From: Octopus sinensis
Lineage: Eukaryota
Assembly: GCF_006345805.1 (NCBI RefSeq)
Contig: NC_043013.1
Coordinates: 13,764,001-13,828,000, forward strand
Direction of reading: 5' to 3'
DNA: 64,000 bases
Shown: in pieces, positions 24,062-38,559 of the stretch
How positions within the stretch are numbered: the first letter of the stretch is position 1
Layout of the letters: each line of letters opens with the position of its first letter
Notes under the pieces: model-generated
Databases searched by the model: none
What the model saw: the letters and a program-made list of their open reading frames with translations, nothing else
Told to the model about the DNA's origin: nothing
Position numbers and translations under genes: made by a program

Positions 24062-26914
24062 GTAAGTTGTTATTACTGAGAAATCTAAACATATCATACA
24101 GAACAGAGATGAAATATTATTGAGAATTCCTTGTTAAATTGACACATACATCATATCAAATGTCTCCCTTTAATATGGAACAGATCTTTTATAGGTTTTA
24201 GTTAAATTATTTTTAATATTTAAGACCTAAGCAATTCTATTTTTCTATGGTATCTAATCAACATTTACTGAATGATTCTTTTATTCCAATGTTGACCGGT
24301 TCAGTCGTGTCACTGCTTTGCTAATAAAGTCACAATGAGTTTGGAACATGTCTGGATTTTCTCTATGAAGTTTTGTTCTCTTTATTGTTCCTATCATTAT
24401 GTTTTCTCCAAATGTATTCCTCATTGTTGTACATATTGTGTTAAACTTTGTGTAGGATGCTATCGTCACATTTGCTATTCATCCTCTCCTTCATTGACTT
24501 TAAAGCATGTTTCTGAAGTTATTGGTCCTGTTTTGGTAGCTAAACTCCAACCTCACTTTTATCATTGTGATATGACTTCCTTATCTCTTTTCCCCCATTG
24601 TCATTTTTCTCCCTAACTCCCTAACTTTCCCTTCTTGTCCCTTCTCTTAATGTGGCTAATTGAGTGATTCATCTATTTGCTACTTCTCATCATTTCCCTG
24701 TTCTTATTCCCTCCAGTCAGAAATGTTTTTTTTAATCTCATTTTTCCCCCTAACTTTTTCTTGTTTTTCAGATAACAATGATTTTCCTTTTTAAATTTTG
24801 GGTTTACTATTTTGTTTTATTTTTATTACAGTTTCTCATTAGATGAGACAATATCATATTTCAATAGTGTTTGAACAGGTAGAAGTAGGCAATGTCAAAA
24901 AGGACTGTCTATGATGGTGTCATTCAGAAGTATAAATGAGTTAGTGGCTATCTACCATTTCCCTCAGCTGATACTGTCCATCTGATTCTACATGCTCTGT
25001 AGAGGATGGTCCTGAAACCATAATGCATTGGTCACTCCCTAGCAAGTTAGGTTCCACAGAACAAATTCTTCTTGCTAATATACTGAGCAACAGACTGAAA
25101 CAAGAATGCCTTTAAAGATCTGCCATTAACTTCCAGGAAGCACGTTTCAGATCCTTGCAAATGAACCTTGTCAAAACTAGCAGAAATCACTGCCCTTTGG
25201 TCAGCAGTGAGTTTGGAGTCATTGATCTCTGCTGTTAATATGTCAATATTATATTTTTGTTTCCAGAAGCTTTACTGGTCAAATAACTTTTGTACTGTTT
25301 CCTTCATGCAGCTTTTATAAAACCATAAACATTCTAATAATTTGGCTTCAAATTTCTTCTCATTGAAAGTTATCCAATCAGACACCAATCAAGCACACCT
25401 GGTACTATTTCATTAATCACTACCAAGAGAAGTATTTCAACAAATTGATATTACAAAGGTGGAACTTTACATATTTCCACTCTATTCATTTTCAATTCAT
25501 TAACTTTGCTTAGTAGTCAATGAAAACAGTCACATCTAGAATATTCTATTGATAAAGAGTCTTTGGTGAATTTCCATGACCACCCATCATTAGTGAGAGA
25601 AACACAATCAGAAAATTAATTATAAACTGAAAGATTACATTTGATCAATTTCCATAATTTAAAATTTGCCTAATTTCAGTTTCATAAATAAATTTCAATC
25701 ACCTGATATGTCAGTATTAGGGGTTGATGCACATAGCAACGTATTCAGCAGAAGCTCTACATTAAGTGAGTCTTAAACTAAATTGTTACCTTTCTATATA
25801 GGTTTTTGAAGAAGAGAGATAAAGTAAAGGTAAGAGAGAAGTGAAAAAGGTATTGATAATATTAGATTGGCAGGGGAAATGAAAGAATGAGAAAGAAAAG
25901 GAAGGAAAATGACGAAATTAGAAAAGCGTTTAATGAGATGAAGGAAGAAGCAGAATAGTAAGTGGGAGTGTTGTGTTGGCAGCAGAGATCAGGCAATAGT
26001 TATATATGAAAGAAAGAGAAGTAAATGATAGAAACAATAACTTCTCAAGTATATGATAAATATATATTTGTTGTATTTTTATATGCTTTCTATAATGATG
26101 AAGCAATTAATTAATGACATTTGTTGATTGCTTAGATAGATGTGGCTAATGTTCAGGTTGATCAGCTACAAGTTAATGCCAGTTTGAATAAGTGTTACAA
26201 GAGTAATGTGTGTGAATATGATTTTGAGAGATTAACATCTTGAGGAGGACGTATTTGGAAAAGTGGTTAGTTTGGAAATGAGTGGGAACACAAAGAATTG
26301 TTAATGAGAGGAATAATGACCAGTGTATTATCAGCAAATATATAAGAGTCAGGAGACAGAGCTTTTGCAGACAGAAGTAGGAGGGTATTGGTAAATGAAT
26401 CTTGACCAGCCAGATGCTTGGTGTTCATTTCTGTGTAATATAGGTTATTTCTGATGTTTAAGTGCAGTCCCTTTCCTGTTGTGGAGGCCGTATCAATTGA
26501 AGGTTTCTCAATGAAGAACTTTGTAGAAAGTTGTACAGCACTGAAGTATGATCTGGTTCAAAAAAGGAAGACAACACCTTGACACACTTGTTTGATATAT
26601 TATAGATTTGAGATTGCCAGGAGAAATACTCAGTAATTTAGAAGCTTAGAATGTGTGGTGACCTTAAGGATTTAGTTGTATGCAGTTTAAGACTAGAGAG
26701 GGTAAGTGGTTGGAGAATGTTTCTTTGTTATGAGCATTATGTCATTTTTATTATACTGTTAAAATAAACAAGATTATAGAGGTTATGTTGAATTTATATA
26801 GAACATCTGTGTTGCTAACACCTGTGTGTGACAGTTTAAGAAGCAGTGAAGAATGGTATCACCTGTAAATTAAGCATTTCTATCTTTTCTGTTTTAACAT
26901 ATGTGCCCCATGTT

Positions 26915-27300
26915 AGTAGGGTGCTCTTAGCACCATCCGAGCGTGATCATTGCCAGAGCGGCTAACTGTCTTCCATGCTGGTGACACGTAAAAGGCACCA
27001 TTCGAGTGTGATCGTTACCAGCATCACCTTACTGGCACCTGTGTCGGTGGCATGTGTAAAGAGATTCGAGTGAGGTCATTGCTAGTACCGCCTGACTGGC
27101 CCCTGTGCCGGTGACACGTAAAAGCACCAACTTCACTCTCGGAGTAGTTAGCGTTAGGAAGGGCATCAAGCTGTAGAAATTCTGCCAGATCAAGATTGGA
27201 GCCTGGTGCAGCCATCTGGTTCACCAGACCTCAGTCAAATCATCCAGCCCATGCTAGCATGGAAAGCAGATGTTAAACGATGATGATGATGATGATGAAC
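26915..27300 (+). mobile_element. RTE 3'UTR fragment
   Basis: TTAGGAAGGGCATC..GCTAGCATGGAAAGCAGATGTTAAAC(GAT)n, same as 55200-55582. Confidence 0.9.
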
Positions 27301-27487
27301 AATTCTAAATATATTACAATTAAGTCTCTCTATTGTTTGTAATATTTGGCAGATGGATTTAACATCTACGTATACATATCTTGTATTAGTGAAAGAGTAT
27401 TAGATTTGTATAGTAATGTTTTCTTAAGAGATGGGTTAGTTGTTGATTATGAGACAAACTGAATTAATTAACATGTTGTGTATTTCT

Positions 27488-27489
<2 letters not shown>

Positions 27490-27547
<58 letters not shown>

Positions 27548-27608
27548 TAGAAAGACACACATGTTAATATATATATATACATATATATACATATATATAT
27601 ACATAGAA

Positions 27609-27650
<42 letters not shown>

Positions 27651-27657
27651 GAATATA

Positions 27658-27727
<70 letters not shown>

Positions 27728-27767
27728 TATATACATATATATATATACATATATATATACATACATT

Positions 27768-27848
<81 letters not shown>
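27490..27848. repeat. Long imperfect (TA)n/(TACA) array, first of a series
   Basis: Further arrays at 28030-28118, 28446-28631, 31956-32329, 32490-32575, 34946-35290, 38371-38426, 38492-38722, 58270-58380, 59516-59618. Confidence 0.95.
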
Positions 27849-27849
<1 letters not shown>

Positions 27850-28037
27850 AGCAATATAGGATGAAGTCCTTTTCTCTACAGAAAAGGAATCCATCAGGAA
27901 GCGTGGGCAGTATATTAAAAAGGTTAGTTGCCCGTTTTGAGTTTCAATTCTCCTGTAGCAAGCGGATTATAAGTGGATAAATCAGTGTATTGGCTTTAGA
28001 ATAACCCTCTTTAGCCCTTAATTATATGATATATATT

Positions 28038-28117
<80 letters not shown>

Positions 28118-28119
28118 TT

Positions 28120-28443
28120 GCCAGCTCTGTCTGGCCCCCGTGTTGGTGGCACGTAAAAGCACCATCCATTCATGTCCGTTGCCAGCCTCGCCTGGCCCCT
28201 GTGCCGGTGACACGTAAAGCACCATCCGTTCGTGGCCGTTTGCCAGCTCTGTCTAGCACCTGTGCGGGTGGCACGTAAAATGCACCCACTACACTCACGG
28301 CGTGGTTGGCGTTAGGAAGGGTATCCAGCCGTAGAAACACTGCCAGATCTGACTGGGCCTGATGAAGCCTTCCAGCTTCACAGACCCCAGTTGAACCGTC
28401 CAACCCATGCTACATGGAAAACGGACGCTAAATGATGATGATG

Positions 28444-28445
<2 letters not shown>
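28120..28445 (+). mobile_element. RTE 3'UTR fragment, inverted duplicate of 28632-28950
   Basis: Its reverse complement matches the tail of the adjacent minus-strand RTE, including GGCTTCATCAGGCCCAGTCAGATC. Confidence 0.9.
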
Positions 28446-28519
<74 letters not shown>

Positions 28520-28526
28520 CATATAC

Positions 28527-28559
<33 letters not shown>

Positions 28560-28597
28560 CATAAATACATATATATATACATATATATATTATATAT

Positions 28598-28631
<34 letters not shown>

Positions 28632-28633
<2 letters not shown>

Positions 28634-31600
28634 CATCATCATCGTTTAGCGTCCGTTTTCCATGCTAGCATGGGTTGGACAGTTCTGCTGGGGTCTGTGA
28701 AGCCAGAAGGCTTCATCAGGCCCAGTCAGATCTGGCAGTGTTTCTATGGCTGGATGCCCTTCCTAACGCCAACCACTCCGTGAGTGTAGTGGGTGCTTTT
28801 ACGTGCCACCCGCACAGGTGCCAGACAGAGCTGGAAACGGCCACGAATGGATGGTGCTTTTTATGTGCCATCGCACGGGGGCCAGGCGAAGGCTGGCAAC
28901 GGACAACGAACGGATGGTGCTTTTTACGTGCCACCGGCACGAGGCCTGTCGGGCGGCGCTGGCAACGGTCGCGAAACGGAAGGTTCTCTTACATGCCACC
29001 GCCTGGTAACACATTCTGCATTTCCATTGATCGATTTCGATTCTGATCCTCACTTGCCTCAACAGGTCTTCACAAGTAGAGTTTTGTGTCCCAAGAAGGG
29101 GAAGGTATGCTACTTAGGGTTGCTCCATCCCATTAGAAAGGCCACGGGTTATGGACTCACTTGCCTGCCGGGTCTCTCGCGCACAGCACAACTTCCAGAG
29201 GTCTCGGTCTCTAGTCATTTCCTCAGTGAGACCTAAATTTCGAGGTCGTGCTTCACCCACCTCGTCCCCCAGGTTTTCCTGGGTCTGCCTCTTCCGCAGG
29301 TTCCCTCAACCGCTAGGGTGTGGCACTTTTTCACACACTTTCACACACACTATCTTCATCCATTCTCGCCACATGACCATACCAGCGCAAACGTCTCTCT
29401 TGTCACCCCACAACTGATGCTTCTTAGGTCCAGATTTTCTCTCAAGGTACTTACACTCTGCCGAGTATGAGTACTGACATTACACATCCATCGGAGCATA
29501 CTGGCTTCATTTCTTGCGAGCTTACGCATATCCTCAGCAGTACGGCCCATGCTTCACTGCCATGTAGCATGGCTGTTCGTACACACGCATCATACAGTCT
29601 GCCTTTCACTCTGTGCGAGAGCCTTTTGTCACCAGAGAGGTAAGAGCTCTCTGAACTTTGCCCAAGCTATTCTTACTCTAGCAGTTACACTTTTCAGCAC
29701 ACCCGCCCCCGCTGCTGACTTGGTCACCTAGGGTAACGGAAACTATCAACTATTTCTAGTTTTTCTCCCTGGAAAGTGACGGAATTGGTCTCAGAGCATT
29801 TTCAGTTTCAGTGTTTATGGTTCCTGAGCATCTGCCACATACAAAAACCATCTTCCTAGTTAGCCTTCCTTTGACATTGCTGCACCTCTTATGCGTCCAT
29901 AGCTTACACTTGGTGGCATCTTATAGAGTTTCTACTACTACACCCCTTTTCTCAGATCGAGCAGGGCCATCTACCTGAAGGCGTTTGTGATTTGTCTACT
30001 TTCCTACTGATTACGACTTTGGTTTTAGCTAGATTGACTCTAAGGCCCTTCGATTCTAATCCTTGTTTCCACACCTGAAACTTCTCCAGTTCTGATAGCG
30101 ACTCAGCAATTAGTGCAAGGTCATCAGCATAGAGGAGCTCTCAGGGGCATCCTGTCTTGAATTCCTCCGTTATTGCCTGGAGGACTATGATAAATAGGAG
30201 GGGGCTGAGGACTGAGCCTTGGTGGACCCCTACCTATACCCAGAATTCTTCACTGTACTCGTTGCCAACCCTCACCTTACTAGCAGCGTCCCTATACATG
30301 GCCCGCACAGCTCTCACTAACCATTCATCTATCCCTAGTTTCCTCATTGATCTCCAGATAAGGGATTGGGGGACCCTGTCGAAGGCTTTCTCCATGTCAA
30401 CAAAAGCCAGGTACAGGGGCTTATCTTTGGCTAGGTATTTCTCCTGCAGCTGCCTTACCAGGAATATAGCATCAGTGGTACTTTTCCCTGGCACAAACCC
30501 AAACTGCATCTCATCTAAACTAACTCTCCCTCTAATTAGTTGGGCTATGACCCTCTCCGTAACCTTCATCACCTGATCCAACAGCTTGATACCTCTATAG
30601 TTATTTATATCTAGGGCGTCACCTTTACCTTTGTAGCAGTTGACTATTATGCTGCTTCACCAGTCATTGGGTTATACTCCTTTGTGTATCACCTGATTAA
30701 CTATACGGGTGACTAGGCTATAGCCGACACTACCAGACATTTTGAGCATCTCTGCAGTGATACCTGATGGGCCTGGGGCTTTCTCTGTCTTCATGCTTCT
30801 AATTGCCTTAGCTACCACGGAACTATCAACTCGGATAGCTGGTCCCTCTGTTGGGTCAACATTCGGCAGACTCTCTTTATCCCATTCATTTTCTTTATTC
30901 AGCAACCTTTCATAGTGGCGTCTCCAAACCTCTCTCTTTGCATCCTCATTTAGCGCAAGTGAACCATCTTCCATGCGAACACACTTCTCTCCTACCACAT
31001 TCTCTCTCACACACTGCCTTGCAACGCGAAACACCTCCAGTCTTTGGTCCTCACGGCGCAGAACATTGGCAAATTTTTTCTTATCTGCTTCTCCTCTGGC
31101 TAAATAAACCTGTCTCCTAGCTTCTCTTTTGGCAGTCTGATACAATTCCTTCCCGCTACCCCCCATTTTCCAGACATTCCAACCTGTCTCTTTTCTCTAA
31201 TAGCCCTGTCTACAATTGTTCCACCACCACGTTATTCTAGGTCGAGAGGGGACTTTGCAACCAGCCACAGATTTGGTCAGTGGCTCTCAGCAGGTTGTCC
31301 CTTAGAAACGTCCAGGTGTCTTCTACCCCCCCTGTGATGCTCTATCCCCTTCTACTTCGTCAAAGGCTTCAAGTAATATGTCCCTAAATCTCTGTCCATT
31401 TGCAGGATCTTTAAGCTTCCAGATCCTTCTTCTCCATATTGGTCGTCTTCTGGTTGTCCTCCTAGTCCTGATCCTAAAGTCACTAACTACCAGTCTATGT
31501 TGTGGGATAAATTCTTCGCCTGGTAAGATTTTGGCATTTGTAAGCAGCCATCTCTCCCCTTGCCTTGCAAGGATGTAGTCAATTTGGCTGGTATGTTGGC

Positions 31601-31955
31601 CCGATCGGTAAGTGACTAGGTGGCTGGTAGATTTCCTGAAGTTAGTGTTGGAAATCATAAGATTATTTGCATCGCAGAACTCCAGCAGCCTGGTTCACTC
31701 CTCGTTGCGGGAGCCATAGCCATAGCCTCAATGTACGCCATAGAATCGGTCTTTCTGTCCCATCGGGTAGCCCCTACTGAGGAGCATAGGCTGATATAAT
31801 GGTTGCTAAAACTATGATGAAGCACTAATCTAATCTTAAGTATTCTGTCCACGTACTCCGATTACCTCAATTACTTTATCTACCATTTCTCAGCGATAAG
31901 TTAAACCCACGCCACCACCCCGTCAGTGTTCCAAGTGTCCAGTGTTTCCAATGTA
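28632..31955 (-). mobile_element. RTE LINE, near-complete ORF with frameshifts and deletions, plus 3'UTR
   Basis: ORF pieces 31323-31658, 30672-31166, 30234-30581 and 29356-29550 closely match the 51.9 kb RTE protein; (CAT)n tail at 28632. Confidence 0.95.
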
Positions 31956-32111
31956 TATATACATATATATATCTATACATATATATATAGATATATTTAC
32001 ATATATACTATACATAATATATACATATATATATTATATACATATATGTAATACATATATATATATATTATATATATATATATAGTATATATATATATGT
32101 ATATATATATG

Positions 32112-32164
<53 letters not shown>

Positions 32165-32329
32165 TATATATATATGTTATATATTGTATATATATATCTT
32201 GTATATATATATTATATATGTATACTATATATATGATATAATATATATGTATAATTTATGGAATATATATAATAATATATATATATGTATATATTATGTA
32301 TTATATATATGTATATATGTATATATATA

Positions 32330-32487
32330 CATTGGAACACTGGAACACTGACGGGGTAGGTGGCGTGGGTATACTTATCGCTGAGAAATGGGTAGATAAA
32401 GTAATTGAGGTAATCAGAGTATGTGACAGAATACTTAAGATTAGATTAGTGCTTCATCATAGTTTAGCAACCATAATATCAGCCTAT
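32330..32487 (+). repeat. Inverted duplicate of the RTE 5' end (31787-31955)
   Basis: The reverse complement aligns with only scattered single-base differences. Confidence 0.9.
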
Positions 32488-32575
32488 ATATATATATATA
32501 TTGTATATATATATATATAATATATTATATATATAAATATATATATATATATAATATATATATATTATATTATAT

Positions 32576-34945
32576 ACTTTACTTTGATACTTTGATAGGT
32601 TTCGGCCATTATTGGCCCATGCCATGTCTAACTTAATAGCACCACCTGGTGAAGTCTTTCAAGTCAGAATATGGGCACTATGGCCCACTCAAGTAGAGTT
32701 ATGTTTACAGAGACATATCCGGGTGTAGGGGGTTTATCCGGGATTTCTTGAAGGAATCTGTCCAAAGACTTCTTGAACCCTATAGGGTCAGTTTCTGTTT
32801 TAATGTGTTTTGGTGTATGTTAAAGAGAGCGGGGCCAATTGAGGTGAAATAAGTGTGCCGTATTGTTGTTATGAGATGAGAGTGCGATTTTTGTTTGGGC
32901 GGATGGCACGGGGCCCAAGCCTTGGAAATACCTTAAGGTGATGCCAACATCATTTGGGCAATGCTGATGGAATATTTTCACATCATGCAGATGATGTAGC
33001 GCTCACGACGACGTTGGAGAGAATAAAGTTTTAGCTTTTCGAGTCGACACCCAATAGTCGAGGCCTGTCATGCCATCTATCTTTCTGTGATTGCCCTTTG
33101 AGGTGCTTCAACTTTTATGATACTTTGTATTGTGTGGGGAGACCACAGTGGACAACAGTATTCAAGGTGGTGTCGGGCAAAAGTGGAGAAGAGAAAGATA
33201 ATGGTGTGGATATCTCTCGACTGAAAGTTCTGAGAATCCAGGAACACATTCTGTGGGCCATGTCAACTTTGGTGTTTATATGAGTGGCCCGCTTATGTTG
33301 TTGTCCACAATTACTCCCAAGTCTCTGATGTTGTTGGACGCCGCGAGAGTTTCACCTGAAGGAAGGGAGTATGGGAGTTTCAGGGCATCCTCTTTTCCAA
33401 AGTGGATTAACTCAAATTTATCCTCGTTCAGCAGCATATTGTTTTTTTTCTGCCCATTGGATAACAGCCAGTATATCTGACTGAAGGCATGTCCGGTCAC
33501 TCGCCTCATTTATGACCTTCTGTAGCTTGGAATCATCTGCAAAGATTTTTATGTTGCTGTGCTTGATGATGTCATTGATGTCATTAATGTAGATGATGAA
33601 AAGAAGTGGGCCCAGCACAGTGCCTTGCGGAACGCCACTACTGACTTTGGCTGGGCTTGATTTTACCCCTTCAACTACAACCATGTTGAGATCTTCTGTC
33701 AGGAAACACTTGATCCATTTCAGTAACTTTCCAGAGACACCAATGTTGGATAGTTTTTTTCAATAGATCTTGTGATCGACCCTGTCGAAGGCCTTACTGA
33801 AATCAAGGTAGATGACATCGGTGTTGGAGCCCTCTCCCAAAGCTCTCAAAATGTCCTCAAGTGATGCAGGAGCTGCGTTAGGCAGTCCCTTCCATTACGG
33901 AACCCATGTTGGTTGGAGATCAGCCGTCTGTTGCTTTCCAGGAATTGGGTTATTCGAGATCTCACCACCCTCTCAAATACCTTGATGATATGAGAGGTGA
34001 GTGAGATCGGACGGTAGTTCACTGCAAGGGACTTGTTTCCCTTTTTGAAAACTGGAACAACAGACTGGGACAGAAGGTTTTTTTGGAATATAGCCAGCAT
34101 CCAGTGAGTTTCTCCACAGATTAGCAAGGGGAGATGCAAGTTGGTGTCGACACACCTTCAGGACACAAGCAGGGAACCTATCGGGGCCTACTGCTGAATT
34201 GTGTTTTATTTCATTTATCGCCGCTAAGACATCAGGGGCACTAAACGTTAGTCCGATATAGTGTGTTGGGGGTTGACATCACTGATCAGCCCAGATCGGC
34301 AATATCAGGATTGCTGAAAACAGAGCAGTATTGTTTCTGCAGTATCTCAGCCATGGATTTGGCATTATCTTGGAGAGTGCCAGTTTCATCAATTAGAGGG
34401 CCAACAATGGAGGCAGTGACCCTGCGTTTCCTCGCAAATGAAAAGAACACTTTGGGTTGAGTTTGATTTTTTCAATGGCCCACTTCTCCTCAGCTGATCT
34501 TTGGTTATTGATGAGGGTCTTCATGCATTGTTGGAGGTTATATTTTTCGGATTCAAGCAGTGCGATAGCCGTTGAATGTGTGTGTTGCTGTTGGCAGTAC
34601 TTTAGTTTGCTAATTTTTTTGTTTGTTCTTTTTATTTTTCTGATAATAGTTTTTCTGTTTTGGGGGATTCTGCACTTTTTGTTCACAGGTCTTGGTGGGG
34701 AGTGTTTTGCACATATGTTTGTGATGGTGTCTACAAAGATCTGCCAAGCTGTTTTATGGTTGGTGGAGATGTGTGTATGTGTAAAGGACCAGTCAACATG
34801 TGATAGCTCGTTCCTGATTACATCCCAGTTGGCATTATGGAGATCCATGTTATCAAATGGGTGGGCTGGAGGGAGGTCACTAGGATTAGCTTTCGGCTGG
34901 TGGAATTTCATGTACAGAGAACCATGTCATGGTCTGAAAGAAGTA
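32576..34945 (-). mobile_element. 5'-truncated CR1-group LINE (family B) with RT
   Basis: KGNKSLAVNYRPISLTSHIIKVFER..NQHGFRNGRDCLTQLL, SSGVPQGTVLGPLLFIIYINDI..IFADDSK; short AAAGTA-type tail; many 1-bp indels. Confidence 0.95.
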
Positions 34946-34957
34946 TAATATATATAC

Positions 34958-35019
<62 letters not shown>

Positions 35020-35184
35020 CATATATATACATATATATACATACATATATATATATATATTATATATATACATATATATATATACATACATATATATATA
35101 TATATTTATATATATACATACATATATATATATACATATATATTATATATATACATATATATATACATATATATTATATATACA

Positions 35185-35285
<101 letters not shown>

Positions 35286-35295
35286 GCATATATGA

Positions 35296-38200
35296 TTGAT
35301 TGATTGATTGATTGATTCTAGTTTCAGCTCACGAGCTGTGGCCATGCTGGGGCACCGCCATTTGGTGTTGCTACATGGTTTTACTTCACGAATGCTTTTT
35401 AGCAACTGCCATTTGGTGCATGAGAGAGTTCGATGCAGCTGCCCTCATCTGCACCTCCTGCCGTGAAGTTGGTTCATCTGGGATACCTGACAAGAAGAGA
35501 TCCAGTTTCATTTTAAAGACATCTGCATCCACCCCATGCAGGTCTCTTAGGTTCTTCGGGAGGATATTGAAGAGCTGTGGGCCTCGGAAGCCCAGGCTAT
35601 CACAGTATCTTGTCCTACATCTTGATGGCAAATTTGGAGTCCTAGGCACCACGCTGTGGTGCCCAGTTCTGGCATTTGTGTAACTCTCGATGCCAAAGTT
35701 TGGGACAAGTCCCTCCAGGATCTTCCAGATGTATATTATGGCATATCTTTCTCACCTACGCTCCAAGGAATAGAGTTTTAGTCTCTTGAGTCTTTCCCAG
35801 TAGCCCATACTCAGCACAGAGGCTATCTTCTTCGTGTAGCTACGTTGGATCGCCTCAAGTTCTGTGATCAACTTGACACTGGATGGTGACCATAGCTGAG
35901 AGCAATAGTCAAAGTGGCTTAGGACAAGTGTCCTCCAGAGGACCATCATGGTTTCTTGTTCTCTTGTTCTAAAGGTTCTGAGAATCCATCGGCCAGTCGT
36001 CTACATTTCATTGCCAATTTAGCAACATGTACACGAAAGGTTGCGTCATCACTCATGTAAATACCCAGGTCACGCACTGATTGTGCCTCTGGGAATGCAA
36101 TTCCTCCGGGTCCAGTGTATTCATTGGGTATTGCATTTAGTTTTGCATGCTGATAGTATAAAGCTTGAAACTTTTCAGCATTGAACTGCATGCTATTCTT
36201 TTCAGCCCACTTGTATATTTTGTCCAGCTCACATTGCAGGCGTTTAGTGTCCTCGGGGTTCTGTATTGCCTGTGAAACTTTTGTATCATCTGCATAACTT
36301 GTGATCGTGGCTCTCTGCGTGGCTGAGGGCATGTCTCAGAGGGCCATTATGAATAGTAGTGGTCCAAAACAGTGCCCTGCGGAACACCGCTCACTATTTG
36401 CGTGTTAATGGAAGTGGCTACTACCACCTGACTTCTATCTTTCAGAAAGTCATGAAGCCATTCTCCCAGTTTTCCAACTATGCTAAGATCACGCAGTTTG
36501 TGACATATCATTCCATGATCGACTTTATCAAAGGCCTTTGCAAAGTTGAGATATATTACTTCCACATTTGAGTGGTTGAGCAGTCGTTTCAGCACCCAGT
36601 CATAGTGTTGTAGGAGCTGAGTTAAGCAGCTTCTTCTTGGTCGGAAACCATGTTGGGTGTCAGGCAGCAAGTCATTTTCTTCAAGGAAGGTGATCAGTTC
36701 CTTCTGACTATTCGTTCCATGACCTTGCTGATGTGTGAGGTCAGAGAGATAGGTCTGTAGTTCTTGGCCTCCGCTCTGCTACCTCCTTTATGAATAGGGC
36801 ATATTTTACCTTCCTTCAGTTTTCTTGGAAGTTTGCCAGCTGCAAGGAAGCTCTGAAAGAGGAACTGCAGTGGTCTTGCTAGGACTCTCTTACATACTTT
36901 TAGGGGGATTGCCGGGAATCCATCGGGGCCAGCAGCTGAGTCTGTTTTCATTTCATCTATAGCCTTTATTACATCGTTTTCCTTTATATCGATGTAATCT
37001 ATCGTCGCCGCCTCTGAGTTTATATCTGTAGTGGTAAAGAAGTCAGTTGGATTGGTGAATTGGAAATGCCCAAGGGGTGGAGTGAAAACACTCTTGAATT
37101 GCTCATTCAGTATTTCACTTACCCTCATTGGTTTTCCTGTGAGTGTTCCATCCTTTTCAAGGAGTGGCCCTATCCTACAGTGCACCGTAGCTGTTTCTTT
37201 GGCATACCTGTAGAAAGCTGTGGGGTTAGATTTTATGTTGTCTATAGCCCAGGCTTCTTTGTCTGCTCTTTCCTTTTCATGGGAGAGTGCAGACATTTTT
37301 CAATTTCCAACAGTTTTATTTTCAGGCGGGACTTTTCACTGCTTTCAATTTGTTTTTTAAGCGATTTGAAATTTTTGTACGCCGTCTCATTAAATTTTCC
37401 TCTCTCTGGGGATTTTGTTCTTGTGTACAGTGGCCTTTCTCTCTGGGACACATTTGTAGCATATGGCTTGCATTACAGACATGAATTGTTGAAGTTTCAC
37501 GTCGATGTCTGGCGAGGAGAGACATTTAGGCCAGTTTTGTTTAGGATCTCTTTCTCAACTTGTTTCCAGTTTGCCTTATGGAAGTTCAAGCTGGAAATAT
37601 TCTGAGGGTTTCTTGTAGGCTGCATGTCCATATTTCCTTTGGCCGTGCATGGTCAGCTCTACCATGTTGTGATCCGAGAGTAGTGTCGGTGGTCACTTTC
37701 ACATTATGGATGAGATCCATATTATTTGTGAAGCAGAGATCCAGTGTGTTACCTGCCCTGGTTGGTTGGAGTATTACTTGCTCCATGTACAGGGTGTGAT
37801 GAGGTTCAGGAGGGACCTCGCCTGTCCTCGTTCACAGCTTGTCATTCCTGGGAGAGAAGGCCCTCGGGCCATCTGACATTTAGTAGATTGAAGTCTCCAT
37901 AAGAAGTACACTTATGTGTTGTTCTAATGTGATTAGAACTTCTTCTATTTTTATAAGGCAGTCTTCAAACTTGCCTACATGGCTTGGGCACCTGGAGGGC
38001 GATATGTAGCACACACAACATCAAGTTGCCTTATATGTACAATTAGTGTGTCACACACCGAGTTTGAGTATGACAAAAGGACCTTGGGTGTGAGGTCCTC
38101 ACGGATGTACATAGCAACTCCTCCATGACTCCTTTCTTATCTGTCGGTCCGTAGTACAACATACTAATTCCGCATCTGCTATGTCCAGTTTCAGGTGCAT

Positions 38201-38370
38201 TTCCGTAAGTGCTATGCATAAGGCTTGATTGCATGCAACAAAGTCTCTCAAGAACGGGATTTTTGTCCTGTTACTGAGTGTTGCAGTCCTCTGATGTTCA
38301 GTAGGAGCATCGAGGTGAGGTATATGCTGTTGCGGCTGTGTCCACCTTGGGTCTATTTGCTGTGGTGGTC
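35296..38370 (-). mobile_element. CR1-group LINE (family A), end of ORF1 plus ORF2, frameshifted
   Basis: APE start (TKIPFLRDFVACNQALCIALTE), DSAAGPDGFPA..NYRPISLTSHISKVMER, SGVPQG, YADDTK, LSHFDYCSQLWSP; 3' end followed by (AATC)n. Confidence 0.95.
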
Positions 38371-38426
<56 letters not shown>

Positions 38427-38427
<1 letters not shown>

Positions 38428-38490
38428 TTTGATAGGTTTCGGCCATTATTGGCCCAGGCCATGTCTAACTTAATAGCACCACCTGGTGCT
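38427..38490 (-). mobile_element. About 60-bp isolated 3' end of CR1 family B
   Basis: Near-identical direct repeat of 32592-32652, embedded in (TA)n. Confidence 0.85.
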
Positions 38491-38507
38491 TATACATATA
38501 TATATAC

Positions 38508-38559
<52 letters not shown>

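Noticed and set aside
24762-25290. Candidate acceptors at 24771 and 25266 for the next TRPM exon
   Set aside because: Phase-1 reading hits a stop within 8 codons and shows no TRPM motif.
25800-26800. Purine-rich tracts here and at 3330-3900, 7000-7560, 11390-11650 and 16000-16800 as specific elements
   Set aside because: Probably old retroelement debris (a faint ADNT/SKS RT-like trace at about 26150-26340), but too degenerate to assign by eye.
27464-28649. Many long Ile-Tyr (IYIY) ORFs here and at 21091-21431, 34837-35405 and 38338-38804
   Set aside because: Translations of (TA)n microsatellites, which lack stops in some frames.
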